This document shows, one piece after another, positions 27,502-36,996 of a stretch of DNA of 64,000 bases. Source of the DNA: Kiritimatiellia bacterium (GTDB lineage: Bacteria; Verrucomicrobiota; Kiritimatiellia; JAAZAB01). The notes below the pieces were generated by a model that worked only from the letters and a program-made list of their open reading frames with translations, was not told the DNA's origin and made no database searches. The stretch is taken from the NCBI GenBank assembly GCA_040767085.1, contig JAXGPF010000006.1:1-64000 (forward strand), read 5' to 3'. Each line of letters starts with the position of its first letter. The stretch's first letter is position 1. Made by a program: the position numbers and the translations under genes.

Positions 27502-30500
27502 TTACTCGAACATCGCCTCGTAATCCGCGCCGCCGAAACAGCCTTCAATTTCCGGAGCGTATCCCTGCGTGGACAACAAGACCCGCCAGACGCCGTCGGC
27601 CGCGGAATTATACACCGCGGGATCGGCCCGGCCGTCCCCATCGTAATCGCCCGGCACCGGCACAAAATCCGGACCGCCCAGAACGAGCGCGGCGGAAACA
27701 TCCCAGGCGCCGTCATGGGAAAGCCGCGCCAGCCATTGCCCGCCGGCGGGCTGGTAAAGCGCCAGGTCCGCCAGGCCGTCCCCGTCGTAATCCGCCGGCA
27801 CGGCCTGCGCGTCCGGCACGCCGGAAAGCAAGGTCACGGGCTGATAATCCATGCCGGATAGCCGGCCCGCCCAGGCGCCGATGCCAGCGGAATACGACAC
27901 CGGGTCCGCCAGGCCGTCCCCGTCGTAGTCCGCCGGCACGGGCGCAAAGCCCGGTCCGCCGGCATAGGTGAACTTCTGGCGGTAATCCTCGGATGACAGG
28001 AACCCCGTCCAATATCCATCCGCTTCGCGGTACACCGCCGGATCGCTGCGGCCATCGCCATCGTAATCCGCCGGCGCCGGACGGAATCCCGGACCGGCCA
28101 CCGGCGCGGCGGCCGCCGCGCCGGTGCTGGAGAACCGCACATAGTATATGCCCCGGTCGGCGTCATACAGGCCCAGATCCAGGCGGCCATCGCCATCGTA
28201 ATCGCCGGGGGCGGGATAATACAAACCCGGGCCGGCGGCGCCGGGCTCCCAATGCAGTTCCGCAAACCGGTCGCCGGTGGTCAGGCAGGCAAACAAGCTC
28301 CGGTCGGCGCTCAGCACCGCCAAATCCGACTTGCCGTCGCCGTCGTAATCCGTCAAGCCGCGTCCTCTCGAACTGGCCCCCGCCGTACGGATGCGCGCGG
28401 TTCCGGCGGCATCGGCGGTATCATTCAGCGGATTGGGATCGCGCCGGGCGGCCAGGTGCCGGACATGCACGCGCACATTCAACGGACTCTGCCGCGGCAG
28501 GTCGCCCCGCGCGACGATGCCGCGCCGGGCGCCGGCGTCAAGCGCCACCAGCTCCTCCGCGCCGGGCGCCAGCGTGAAATTCCGGCGCGCGCCTCCCAGC
28601 CACAGCAGCCCGCCGCCGGCCGTGCCCATGTAGAAATCCATGGCCACCGCCGCGCTGGCCAGGGCATCCGGCCCGTGATTCGCCAGCCGGAACGCTACCG
28701 TGCCGGCGGCGGCTTCGGGCATGAGATTTACCGGTAAAAACACCAGGTCGCTTACCCCTAAATCCGACACTCCCTGCATGGCGCCGGGATTCAACCGGGC
28801 ATAGCCCATGCCGGCCGGGCTGAAGCGGCTGATTTTCGCCGGGGCCATGGCCCGCACCCAGTAGTAATAGGGAACGTTGGGCGCCACAGCCAGATCGTCG
28901 TACGACAAGGATGTATTTGCGAGATTGCCGCATGCTGCTGCAGCGGCGCCCGGCTTCGCCTGGCTACGTCCGGCTTTGACGGACTTCGCTGAAGCTACGC
29001 CGGACGCTGCCAGTGCTTGTTCCGCGCAGTCTGACGAAGAGGGATGCGGCGCCGGCACTTCCGCCAGCCGGATTGACCGGGCCGGTTCATTGGCCGTGTG
29101 GCGCCGGACTTCGTAACTCGCGGCGCCGGCAACCCCCCCCCAGGATACCCGCACGAAATTCGTATAGATCCCCGCCGTCGCCGACACTCCCGGCGGCGGC
29201 GGCAACTCATCCGTCACCTGCAAGTAAATCCCCGTGAACACCAGCGTACCGCCCGCCGCCAGCGCCGCCGCTTGCGGCAATGGCGGCGCATAACCGGCCA
29301 GGGCATTCCAGGCTATCCGATAGCCGCCCGGCGGCGCCGGGCTGGCCGCCAGGGGACCGGTGCCCGACCGGGGACCGATATACGCCGCCGGCGCCTGGGG
29401 CAAGGTCCACGATCCCCCGGCCGGCGCCACGGACACCGCCAGCCGCCCGGCGGAGGGGCCATACTGCGTCACCCGCACCATCTGCGTGGCCGTGGCGGGA
29501 TGCCAGGCGGCATTGCCGGGCTGCGCCGCGATGACGGCGACCAAACCGGTGCCGGTGAAAGAAAGAATATTGCCGCCCGTGATCCGGCCTGGGGGCGTTG
29601 CGGCAAAAGAAACCGGGAGCCCGGAGGAAGCCGACGCCGCCAGCGCCACGGAGTCCGTCACGGCCTGGTGGGACGCCGCCGTGAAAGACACCGTCTGTGC
29701 GCGCTTGTCGCCCGTGCCCGCGAGGTAAACGACATACAACGGATTCGAAGAATTATTGGCGATGCCGAAAGCCGCCGGATAAATCCCCGGGCTCACTGGC
29801 GCGAATACCGCCACGAAATTCGACACGCCGCCGGGCGGCACCACCGCCGGCGCCGACACGACCTTGAATGCCGCCGCGCCGGCGCCATGCACGCCGATGC
29901 CGCTGATCGTCAAATCCTGGTTGCCGGCATTGGTGATCGCCAGGCGATTCGTGCGGGCATAACCCCAGGGGATGGCGCCGAAATCCGTGCCTTTATCCGC
30001 CGCGGCCGGGGCGGCATGCGCAATCGCCGCGCCGTTGGTCCCCAGGCACAGCATGTCCGCGCCCAGATACACAAAAGCGTTGGTGCGGACAGTTTCGCCG
30101 TAACTGGCGGAATAAACGCGGACATCACCCCGGCCTGGCGGGCCGGCGCCGGCAATCGCCACAACCTGCGTGCCGCCATCAATCCGGACGACCGCGGCGG
30201 CCATCCCGCAGATCAAGATATTGGTGACATCGGCGCCATCGGATAGATTGGTGCCGGAAATGACAACTTCGTACTCCCCGGCGATAGGCCCGGCGGTCGG
30301 CGCCACGCCGATATAATCCGTCATGACCGTCCGATACACATTGGTGGAGACGCCGGCGGTCAAGCCGCCAATGGAGTACAACCGGTTGCTGAGCGCGGCG
30401 CCGCCGACGCCGAAGCGCAGGGAAGGCAACCCGGGCGCCGCATGCCAATTCGTGCCGTCATACCGGTAAACATTGGTCTGGCCGACGCCGCTTTCCCCGC

Positions 30501-31503
30501 CGAAGACATACAGGCCGTCGTCCAGGACCGCGGAAGCCGCGTAGCCCATGATTGCCGGCAGCCCCGGCACTTCCGTCCATGAGGCGCCGTCATATTGATA
30601 GACATTCGTCGTCTCGCTGCCGCCGATGGCGTACAAGGCGCCATCCCAGACATTGGCGGTCAGGCAGCCGCGCGGCGCCGGCAGGCCGGCCACCTGGCTC
30701 CAGGCGGCGCCGTTATACCGGTAAACATTGGTCTGCGCGGCGCCGGCGGCATTGCGTCCGCCAATGTAATACAAGGCGCCATCCCAGGCCGCGGCGGCGC
30801 CGGCGCCGCGCGCCGCCGGCAGGCCGGCCACCTGGCTCCAGGCGGCGCCATCAAAGCGGCAAACATTCGTCAAGCTGCCGGACCCGGCAAAACCGCCCAA
30901 GGTATATAGCGCGTTGCTGTAGGATGCCGCCGCCAGGGTATAGGCGGGCGCGGGCAACGCCGGCGCCGGCGTCCAATTGGTTCCTCCGTCAAGCCGGAAG
31001 ACATTGGTATATAGCGGCGGGGAATAAGTCGCATTCATGCCGCCCACGGCGTAAACCGCACCGCTGCAGACGCCGGCCGCCAGGAACTGCGCGCCCAGGG
31101 GCAGCCCGGCGATTTCTTCCCACCCGACGATCGGCGTCCCGGGGCCGCCGATCATGCCCGGCGGATTGTAGGTGTAAGCGCCCGCCAGCAGGATTGTGCC
31201 GCCGGCGGGAAACTGGATCAGCACATCCGCCGGGCCGGGCGCGCGGGCGGCCGGCAGCCGGATTGCGATCCAATCCGCGCCGGCGTTTAAGAGCGCCGCC
31301 GGCGCGCCGGCCACCAGCACGTTGGTGGCCCCGCTAAACGCGCCGTTGGTGATGACCGCCTGGTTGCCGCCGGCGAAGGGACCCCGGTCCGGCATTACCA
31401 GCGCCTGGGCCCGGCCGGACCCCGCCCCCGCCGCCAGCCAGCCGGCTGCCGCCAGTGCCAGGACGCTGACTTCTATCCGCTGGGCATGATGCATAGCGTT
31501 CAT
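27502..31503 (-). CDS. Large secreted protein: IPT/TIG + Kelch beta-propeller + IPT/TIG + choice-of-anchor D (ASH) + FN3-like + C-terminal FG-GAP repeats
   Basis: Signal peptide; about six LY.IGG...TNVYRYDG..W..V.GLP repeats; GTDFG...ITNAGNQDLTI; repeated PADYDGDG..D.AVY motifs. Confidence 0.88.
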   Translation of the reverse strand: MNAMHHAQRIEVSVLALAAAGWLAAGAGSGRAQALVMPDRGPFAGGNQAVITNGAFSGATNVLVAGAPAALLNAGADWIAIRLPAARAPGPADVLIQFPAGGTILLAGAYTYNPPGMIGGPGTPIVGWEEIAGLPLGAQFLAAGVCSGAVYAVGGMNATYSPPLYTNVFRLDGGTNWTPAPALPAPAYTLAAASYSNALYTLGGFAGSGSLTNVCRFDGAAWSQVAGLPAARGAGAAAAWDGALYYIGGRNAAGAAQTNVYRYNGAAWSQVAGLPAPRGCLTANVWDGALYAIGGSETTNVYQYDGASWTEVPGLPAIMGYAASAVLDDGLYVFGGESGVGQTNVYRYDGTNWHAAPGLPSLRFGVGGAALSNRLYSIGGLTAGVSTNVYRTVMTDYIGVAPTAGPIAGEYEVVISGTNLSDGADVTNILICGMAAAVVRIDGGTQVVAIAGAGPPGRGDVRVYSASYGETVRTNAFVYLGADMLCLGTNGAAIAHAAPAAADKGTDFGAIPWGYARTNRLAITNAGNQDLTISGIGVHGAGAAAFKVVSAPAVVPPGGVSNFVAVFAPVSPGIYPAAFGIANNSSNPLYVVYLAGTGDKRAQTVSFTAASHQAVTDSVALAASASSGLPVSFAATPPGRITGGNILSFTGTGLVAVIAAQPGNAAWHPATATQMVRVTQYGPSAGRLAVSVAPAGGSWTLPQAPAAYIGPRSGTGPLAASPAPPGGYRIAWNALAGYAPPLPQAAALAAGGTLVFTGIYLQVTDELPPPPGVSATAGIYTNFVRVSWGGVAGAASYEVRRHTANEPARSIRLAEVPAPHPSSSDCAEQALAASGVASAKSVKAGRSQAKPGAAAAACGNLANTSLSYDDLAVAPNVPYYYWVRAMAPAKISRFSPAGMGYARLNPGAMQGVSDLGVSDLVFLPVNLMPEAAAGTVAFRLANHGPDALASAAVAMDFYMGTAGGGLLWLGGARRNFTLAPGAEELVALDAGARRGIVARGDLPRQSPLNVRVHVRHLAARRDPNPLNDTADAAGTARIRTAGASSRGRGLTDYDGDGKSDLAVLSADRSLFACLTTGDRFAELHWEPGAAGPGLYYPAPGDYDGDGRLDLGLYDADRGIYYVRFSSTGAAAAAPVAGPGFRPAPADYDGDGRSDPAVYREADGYWTGFLSSEDYRQKFTYAGGPGFAPVPADYDGDGLADPVSYSAGIGAWAGRLSGMDYQPVTLLSGVPDAQAVPADYDGDGLADLALYQPAGGQWLARLSHDGAWDVSAALVLGGPDFVPVPGDYDGDGRADPAVYNSAADGVWRVLLSTQGYAPEIEGCFGGADYEAMFE
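28925..29045. repeat. In-frame cluster of repeat-derived mini-elements inside the Kelch/FG-GAP gene (boundaries approximate)
   Basis: CCCGGCTTCGCCTGGCTACG and CTTCGCTGAAGCTACGCCGGAC resemble 55101-55131. CTTGTTCCGCGCAGTCTGACGAAGAGGG resembles the reverse complement of about 42989-43018. Confidence 0.6.
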
Positions 31504-31525
31504 CGGCCTTTAACAACCGCGACAT

Positions 31526-32785
31526 TCAAGGCGGTGCGGACATTTCAAGCAGGCGCAGGCGCAGGATATTCAAGGCCGCCTTGGCCGCGCGGTCCCGCAC
31601 GGCCGCGCGGTCTCCCCCCAGCATCCGGCGCTCGGCGCGGACAACCACCCCGGTCCCGGCGCGCTCGGCCAAGGCGATCCAGACCGTGCCAGCCGGCTTG
31701 TCAGGCGCGCCGCCGCCGGGACCGGCAATGCCGGTAACGGCCAGGGCAAAATCCGCCCCGGCGCGTTGGACGGCCCCCTCCGCCATGCAGCGCGCCGCGG
31801 CTTCACTGACCGCGCCGGCGCGCTGCAGCAAGGCCGGCGGCACGTCCAGTTGGCTGGACTTGAGGGCATTGTCATACACCACCCAGCCGCCCAGGTAAAA
31901 ATCGCTCGCCCAGGGGGCATCGGTCAGCATTTTGCCCAGCAGTCCGCCGGTGCAGCTTTCCGCGGTGGCCAGGCGGCGCCGGCACTGACGCAGGAGTGCG
32001 CCGACCTGCTCCGCCAGGGAAACGGAGCCATCGCCGAAAACCGCCGCGCCCAGGCATTGGCGCGCTTCCCGCACGGTCCGGTCCAGCGCCGCGCGGGCCG
32101 CCGCGGCATCCGGGAAGTCGGCGCGCACGCGCACGCTGACAATGCCGTTTCCCACCGTCGTGCCCACCAGGGGATTGCGGTCGCGGCGCATCAGGCCGCC
32201 GAGCATCTCCGCCACCAGCGACTCTCCCACGCCGAAGGTATCCAGTTGCGCGGTCAAAATCACCCGGCCGGCCTGCGCGCGCAGGCGCGGCGCAAGGTGT
32301 AAGTGGAACATCGCCCGCATCTCGGACGGCACGCCGGGGACCACGTAAATTTCGGCCTGGCCCAGCCGCGCATGGATACCGGGCGCCGTGCCGGCGGGAT
32401 TCTCCAGGGACTCCGCGCCGCGCGGGAGCATGGCTTGCGCGAGATTGCCCGCCGGCATATCCCAGCCGCGGGCGCGGAAGAATTGTTCAAGTTTTGCCAG
32501 GGCGGGCGGATGGATTTCCAAAGGCGCGCCCAGTACATCCGCGAGCGCGTCCCGGGTCAGGTCGTCGGGCGTCGGCCCCAGCCCGCCGGTGGCGATGATC
32601 AATTCCGCCGCGTCCGCCGCGCCCCGCAGGGCGGCGGCAATGGCGGCGCGGTCATCCGGCACGGTCTGGCGCCAGGCCGTCATGACGCCGCATTCCGCGA
32701 GGCGGGCGCCCAGCCACCCGGCGTTGGTATCGGCCACCTGGCCGAGGATCAATTCATCGCCGATGGAAAGAATAATCGTACGCAT
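31526..32785 (-). CDS. cinA: Competence/damage-inducible protein CinA (MoCF-like domain plus PncC NMN deamidase domain)
   Basis: IGDELILGQVADTN, TGGLGPTPDDLTRD, PGVPSEM, ATAESCTGG, GAVSE and TGIAGP. Confidence 0.95.
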   Translation of the reverse strand: MRTIILSIGDELILGQVADTNAGWLGARLAECGVMTAWRQTVPDDRAAIAAALRGAADAAELIIATGGLGPTPDDLTRDALADVLGAPLEIHPPALAKLEQFFRARGWDMPAGNLAQAMLPRGAESLENPAGTAPGIHARLGQAEIYVVPGVPSEMRAMFHLHLAPRLRAQAGRVILTAQLDTFGVGESLVAEMLGGLMRRDRNPLVGTTVGNGIVSVRVRADFPDAAAARAALDRTVREARQCLGAAVFGDGSVSLAEQVGALLRQCRRRLATAESCTGGLLGKMLTDAPWASDFYLGGWVVYDNALKSSQLDVPPALLQRAGAVSEAAARCMAEGAVQRAGADFALAVTGIAGPGGGAPDKPAGTVWIALAERAGTGVVVRAERRMLGGDRAAVRDRAAKAALNILRLRLLEMSAPP

Positions 32786-34209
32786 TACCGGAGCTCCAAC
32801 ACGCGCCAGGCCGTCCAGTCCATCGGCAAATCGTCCACGAAGGTGCGGGCGCATACCAGCGCCCGTTCGGGATGGCCGGCCGCCGCCAGCGGGATGGACA
32901 CGATCAGCCGGGGCGGGCGGCGCTCCACGGTCACGGTCCCGCGCGCCACCGGCTGAGCGCCATCCAGGCATTCCCAACGGGTGGCGCCGATGCGCACATG
33001 CAGTTTCGGCATGCGCGCGAAGGGAGTATCGGCGCGGTACCCGCAGCAGAACACCGCGGCCTGGGAGACGCCGGCCAGCGGCCGGCGGCAATCCACCGTC
33101 AACTGCAAAACTCCGTTGGTCACCGCGGCGGAACATTTTTCGATGCCCACAAATTCATCGCTCCCGCCGCCGGCCAGCGGGAGGGGCGCTTCATCCGCCT
33201 CCGCATCGGCGTCCAGGATGGCCGGGGCGGATGCCGCCAGGCGCACCGGCGGCAAGTCGCCGAACAACTCGGTGCTGCGCGCGAACGTATCGAGGAATTT
33301 CGCGCTGTAGGCATACTGGGAAGCATGCGCCTGGAGGGCGCGCCGCTTGCCGTCCGCCAGGCCGGCCGGCAGGTAAAAGGCAGTCCAGGCCGCGGCGGGG
33401 AGCAAATCCGGCGGCGGCAGCATGGGCGCGTCCGGATGGTAACCGCGTGGCAGCGGCCATTTTTTGAAATGCACCAGGTAGGGCAGCAGCCGGGGCTGGA
33501 CTTCTTCCCGCAGGTTCCACAGCGCCACGCGGGTGAAGGCATAGAGTGCGCGATGGTCGGGGTTGAAATCCGCGGGATGGGCCGTGAGCAGCAGCGTCGG
33601 CCGGAATTCGCGCACCAGCGTTTCCAGGTCCCGCAGGATTTCATCGCCGCGGTACGCGGCGCCGGGACGGAAAGCGTCGGCATAACTTACCGCCCGCACG
33701 CGGGTCAGCATGCTGCGGAAAGGCAGGGCGTCGCCCCAGTGGCGTTCCCAGATATCCAGCGTGCCGAAATCGGGATACCCCAGGAACACCAGGTGCTCCG
33801 GCGTCAATCCCAGCGCCGCGGCGGCATGCTGGGCCTCGCCGTGGCGCACTTCGCCCATGCGCCGCACGTCCGAGGGCGCCACCACCGGCCGTTTGCGGTA
33901 CAGCATGAACGACAATTCGTTGTTGTCGCCGTAAGTCAAAAAAACCACCCGGACCGGCAGCTTGCGCGCCAGCGCCTCCTGCAGCAGGCCGCCCGCGGAC
34001 AAGGCTTCATCGTCCGGGTGCGGCGCCAGCACCATGATGCGGTCGGCATCCTGCAAGGCCAGGGGCGCCGGCGCGAAGGCGTCGGGCGGCTCCGCCGCGG
34101 CCGGCGCCGGACCGGACGGCAGCCGGCAACCGGCGAGGGCCAGGCAGCAAACGGCCAGCCCGACCCAGGCGTGGCGCAGGCCGGCAAACGACTTTTGATT
34201 TAATTGCAT
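32785..34209 (-). CDS. PIG-L/LmbE-family deacetylase, lipoprotein
   Basis: Lipobox LAGC; APHPDDE, LTYGD, FLGYPD and NPDH. Confidence 0.88.
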   Translation of the reverse strand: MQLNQKSFAGLRHAWVGLAVCCLALAGCRLPSGPAPAAAEPPDAFAPAPLALQDADRIMVLAPHPDDEALSAGGLLQEALARKLPVRVVFLTYGDNNELSFMLYRKRPVVAPSDVRRMGEVRHGEAQHAAAALGLTPEHLVFLGYPDFGTLDIWERHWGDALPFRSMLTRVRAVSYADAFRPGAAYRGDEILRDLETLVREFRPTLLLTAHPADFNPDHRALYAFTRVALWNLREEVQPRLLPYLVHFKKWPLPRGYHPDAPMLPPPDLLPAAAWTAFYLPAGLADGKRRALQAHASQYAYSAKFLDTFARSTELFGDLPPVRLAASAPAILDADAEADEAPLPLAGGGSDEFVGIEKCSAAVTNGVLQLTVDCRRPLAGVSQAAVFCCGYRADTPFARMPKLHVRIGATRWECLDGAQPVARGTVTVERRPPRLIVSIPLAAAGHPERALVCARTFVDDLPMDWTAWRVLELR

Positions 34210-34241
34210 GATCTTCCTGTATGAAAGTTACAAGGCGGCCT

Positions 34242-34352
34242 GCGGCCACAGTCCGGCAGCCGCCGGACTGCCGTCGCAAAGACCGAGCCAATACCAACCT
34301 CAAACAACCGTTGAACCTGATTCAACCTCTGGCAACCCTGAATCCCAAACAC
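34242..34352 (+). repeat. Dispersed intergenic element A, copy 3
   Basis: GGCCACA...CTGCCGTCGCAAAGACCGAGCCAATACCAACCTCAAACAACCGTTGAACCTGATTCAACCTCTGGCAACCC aligns with the reverse complement of 520-600. Confidence 0.9.
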
Positions 34353-34355
34353 TTG

Positions 34356-34994
34356 TCATAACCAGCGCGCCATTCCGACGGAATACAGCAAGGTCCGCTC
34401 ATCGCGCCACAGCCATGGGCAACGGCCGAGTTCCCGAAAGCCCGCCCGCGCAAAAAATGCCAGGGCGCCGGCGTTGTCCGCCCGCACCCAGGCGTGCAGA
34501 CCGGGCGCGCCGGCGGCGCGCGCCTGTTCCATAAACGCCGTCAGCAAGCGGCCTCCCACCCCGCAACCGCGCGCTGCGGCGTCGAGATTGATATGCAACT
34601 GGGCCGGGTAAGCCCGCAAATCCACCACGGCTGCCCGCCGCGGGCCGGCCAGCAACCGCCGGTTATGCCATGCCAGCCGCCACAGCGGCCGGCGCCACAA
34701 CAGGCCGGCAGCCACAGCCCGGCCGAAGACCGCCGGCCAAATCCGGCGCGCCATGACCTGCTGCGCCCGGCGAGTGTCCAGCATGCCGGCCAGGTAACCG
34801 GCCGCCCGGCCGTCCCGCTCCGCTATCCACAAGCTCTGCGGTTCGCAATCGGTATGGTAGCGGATCAGCAGGTCGGCCAGCAATTCCCGCGCGCCGTCGA
34901 ATAATGCCAGCGGCCGGCCGGCATCCGCCGTTTCGCAGCTAATCCGGCGCACCGCCGCGCGGTCAGCCGGTTCATAATGACGGATTGCAATCAT
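34356..34994 (-). CDS. GNAT-family N-acetyltransferase
   Basis: IRHYEPAD, YPAQLHINLDAAARGCGVG and NAGALAFFARAGF. Confidence 0.88.
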   Translation of the reverse strand: MIAIRHYEPADRAAVRRISCETADAGRPLALFDGARELLADLLIRYHTDCEPQSLWIAERDGRAAGYLAGMLDTRRAQQVMARRIWPAVFGRAVAAGLLWRRPLWRLAWHNRRLLAGPRRAAVVDLRAYPAQLHINLDAAARGCGVGGRLLTAFMEQARAAGAPGLHAWVRADNAGALAFFARAGFRELGRCPWLWRDERTLLYSVGMARWL

Positions 34995-35162
34995 GCGGCG
35001 GCGGCAGCGGCAAATCATGCCGCCTTGCAGCATGCTGACCGCCGATTCCTAGCATGATTCTAACAATCCGGCCCGACGTGTCAACGAATTTACATTTACA
35101 ATAAAACGCGGCGGGCGGCGTTATATTGATTGAAGTGTTTTATACTGGGGGGGTATCGGAAC

Positions 35163-35669
35163 ATGCAAAACTCATGCGGCAAGCGGCAAATCCTGACGGG
35201 CCTACTGGCCGGCGCGTTGGCAGCAACGCTGTGGGCGGGGGGCAACGGCGGGACCGCGGCCCGCCAGGCCGACCGGACGCGGCTCGAACATCTGGCGCAG
35301 GAACTGGAACTGACTCCGGCCCAGACTGGCGCCCTGCAGCGGCATTTGCAGGACAAGTGCGCCAAGTTCACCGAACTCTACAAAGCGCGGGCCAGCCTGA
35401 AAGCCGAACTGGACAACCTCTTCGCCGCGGCCGAGCCGGATGCGCAGGCCATTGCGGCAGCCGGGGACCGGCTGGCCGGCATTAACGCAGAAATCACCCG
35501 GCAGCAGGTCCAGGCCCGCCTGGCTGTACGCGGCATGCTGACGCCGGATCAACAGGCGCGCTGGCGGCGCATGCGCCAGCGGATGCTGCAACGCCAGGCC
35601 GGGAAAAACCGGCCAGGGCGCCAGGCGCCAAACTCCGGCGGCGGCCATCATGAGACGCCGGCGGAATGA
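35163..35669 (+). CDS. Spy/CpxP-family periplasmic protein (LTxxQ motifs)
   Basis: Signal peptide; ELELTPAQ and MLTPDQQ. Confidence 0.8.
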   Translation: MQNSCGKRQILTGLLAGALAATLWAGGNGGTAARQADRTRLEHLAQELELTPAQTGALQRHLQDKCAKFTELYKARASLKAELDNLFAAAEPDAQAIAAAGDRLAGINAEITRQQVQARLAVRGMLTPDQQARWRRMRQRMLQRQAGKNRPGRQAPNSGGGHHETPAE

Positions 35670-35714
35670 TCCGCTGGCGGGACGCGCCAGGCGCCTTGCC
35701 GCTGCACGCCCGGC

Positions 35715-36782
35715 TCAAGGGGTCCAGAGATACATGATGCGCGGCTGCCGTTGTCCCAAGGCCGCCGGGAGGCGGATGGCCGGCGCCGGATAAGACAGGC
35801 GGGCCAGAAACCGGGCCAGCCCGCGCGGCTGCTCATAGCGCACAACCCGGACCTCCTCGGCGCCCAGCAACTCCCGCGCCTTGGCCAGGGCGTCGCCCCA
35901 ATATCCGACCTGGTCAATCATACCGCCGGCGGCGGCCTGGCGGGCGGAAAAGACCCGGCCGTCGGTCAACTGGTCCAGTGCCGCCGGCGCAACCTGCAAA
36001 CGCTTTTGCACAACGTTGACGAAACGACCATGCATTTCGTCCAGGATATCCTGAAAGATGGCCAGGTGTTCCGGCTGCACCGGCCGGAAAGGGTTCAACA
36101 AATCCTTGTTGTCGCCCGCCGTGATGGTGACGTCGCGAACGCCGATTTTATCGCTCAATTCCTTCCAGTTCAAGGTCTGCATGATCACCCCGATCGAGCC
36201 GACGATGGCGGTCGGCTCGGCGACAATCCAATCCGAAGCCATGGCGATGTAATAACCGCCGGAAGCGGCCAGGTCGCGCACATGCACCACCACCCGGCGG
36301 CCATCATCCGAGGCGCGGAAATCCTGCAAGGCCTGGTAAATTTCGTCCGTAGGCGTCATCACCCCGCCGGGTGAATCCAATTCCAGGAGGATGGCCCGCA
36401 CGGCGCGATCCTGCCGGGCGGCGCGAATTTGCTGCAGCAATTGCTCGACGGGATCCAGTCCGGCGTCCCAGATCCCGCCGTCGGCATCCCGGGAGATGAT
36501 GCCCGTCAGCGCCAGGCGCACCGCTTTCACGTCGCCATCGCCGTAAGACCAGATTTCCTCGAAATCGGGAAATTCATCCGCCGCGCGGCTGGATCCGTCG
36601 GACCGGCCGGCGAACAGCGGGCCCGACGACAGCGCCAGGTTGGCAATCGCGCTGAGAAGCAGCAAAACCGCCAACACCATGGTGACGATCCAGCAACCGG
36701 ACCGCGGCGCCGGGCGCGGGCGTTCGGCTGGCAGCGGTGGCGGCATGGTAGCTGGGGCAGACGTTGGGCTTTCCGTGGACAT
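35715..36782 (-). CDS. sppA: Signal peptide peptidase (S49, short form)
   Basis: LDSPGG, AASGGYYIA, VGSIGV and DGRVFSARQA; N-terminal TM helix. Confidence 0.92.
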   Translation of the reverse strand: MSTESPTSAPATMPPPLPAERPRPAPRSGCWIVTMVLAVLLLLSAIANLALSSGPLFAGRSDGSSRAADEFPDFEEIWSYGDGDVKAVRLALTGIISRDADGGIWDAGLDPVEQLLQQIRAARQDRAVRAILLELDSPGGVMTPTDEIYQALQDFRASDDGRRVVVHVRDLAASGGYYIAMASDWIVAEPTAIVGSIGVIMQTLNWKELSDKIGVRDVTITAGDNKDLLNPFRPVQPEHLAIFQDILDEMHGRFVNVVQKRLQVAPAALDQLTDGRVFSARQAAAGGMIDQVGYWGDALAKARELLGAEEVRVVRYEQPRGLARFLARLSYPAPAIRLPAALGQRQPRIMYLWTP

Positions 36783-36934
36783 GGCTGACTTATACCCCAT
36801 CGGCCGGGCCGCGCCAAGAACAAAAAACTGGATTTTTTGCTGGCGCGCCGCTATGATGTTCCGCATTCGGCGATTTTCCCACGGCCGCGCCCGGGGCGCC
36901 GTATCGTATGGATTTTGCGCGGCGACAGGCTTCG

Positions 36935-36974
36935 CCTGAATTTTGACCAAAACCGCCCACCGTGCAAAATCGGA
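36935..36974. mobile_element. Degenerate, internally deleted MITE-like element C, copy 3
   Basis: CCTGAATTTTGACC ... GTGCAAAATCGGA. Confidence 0.4.
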
Positions 36975-36996
36975 CATAATCGAAAGAACGCCGCAA

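Noticed and set aside
30380-30900. Near-identical DNA repeats as a DGR template/variable pair
   Set aside because: They are in-frame Kelch repeats of one protein. There is no reverse transcriptase and no adenine-specific mismatch pattern was evident.
31526-33136. Extended N-termini in the ORF track (cinA from 33136, trmJ from 20404, sppA from 36977, M16 from 50602, nagB-like from 8255)
   Set aside because: The extensions overlap neighbouring genes or promoter regions. Family homology, RBS or signal peptides begin at the downstream starts used above.
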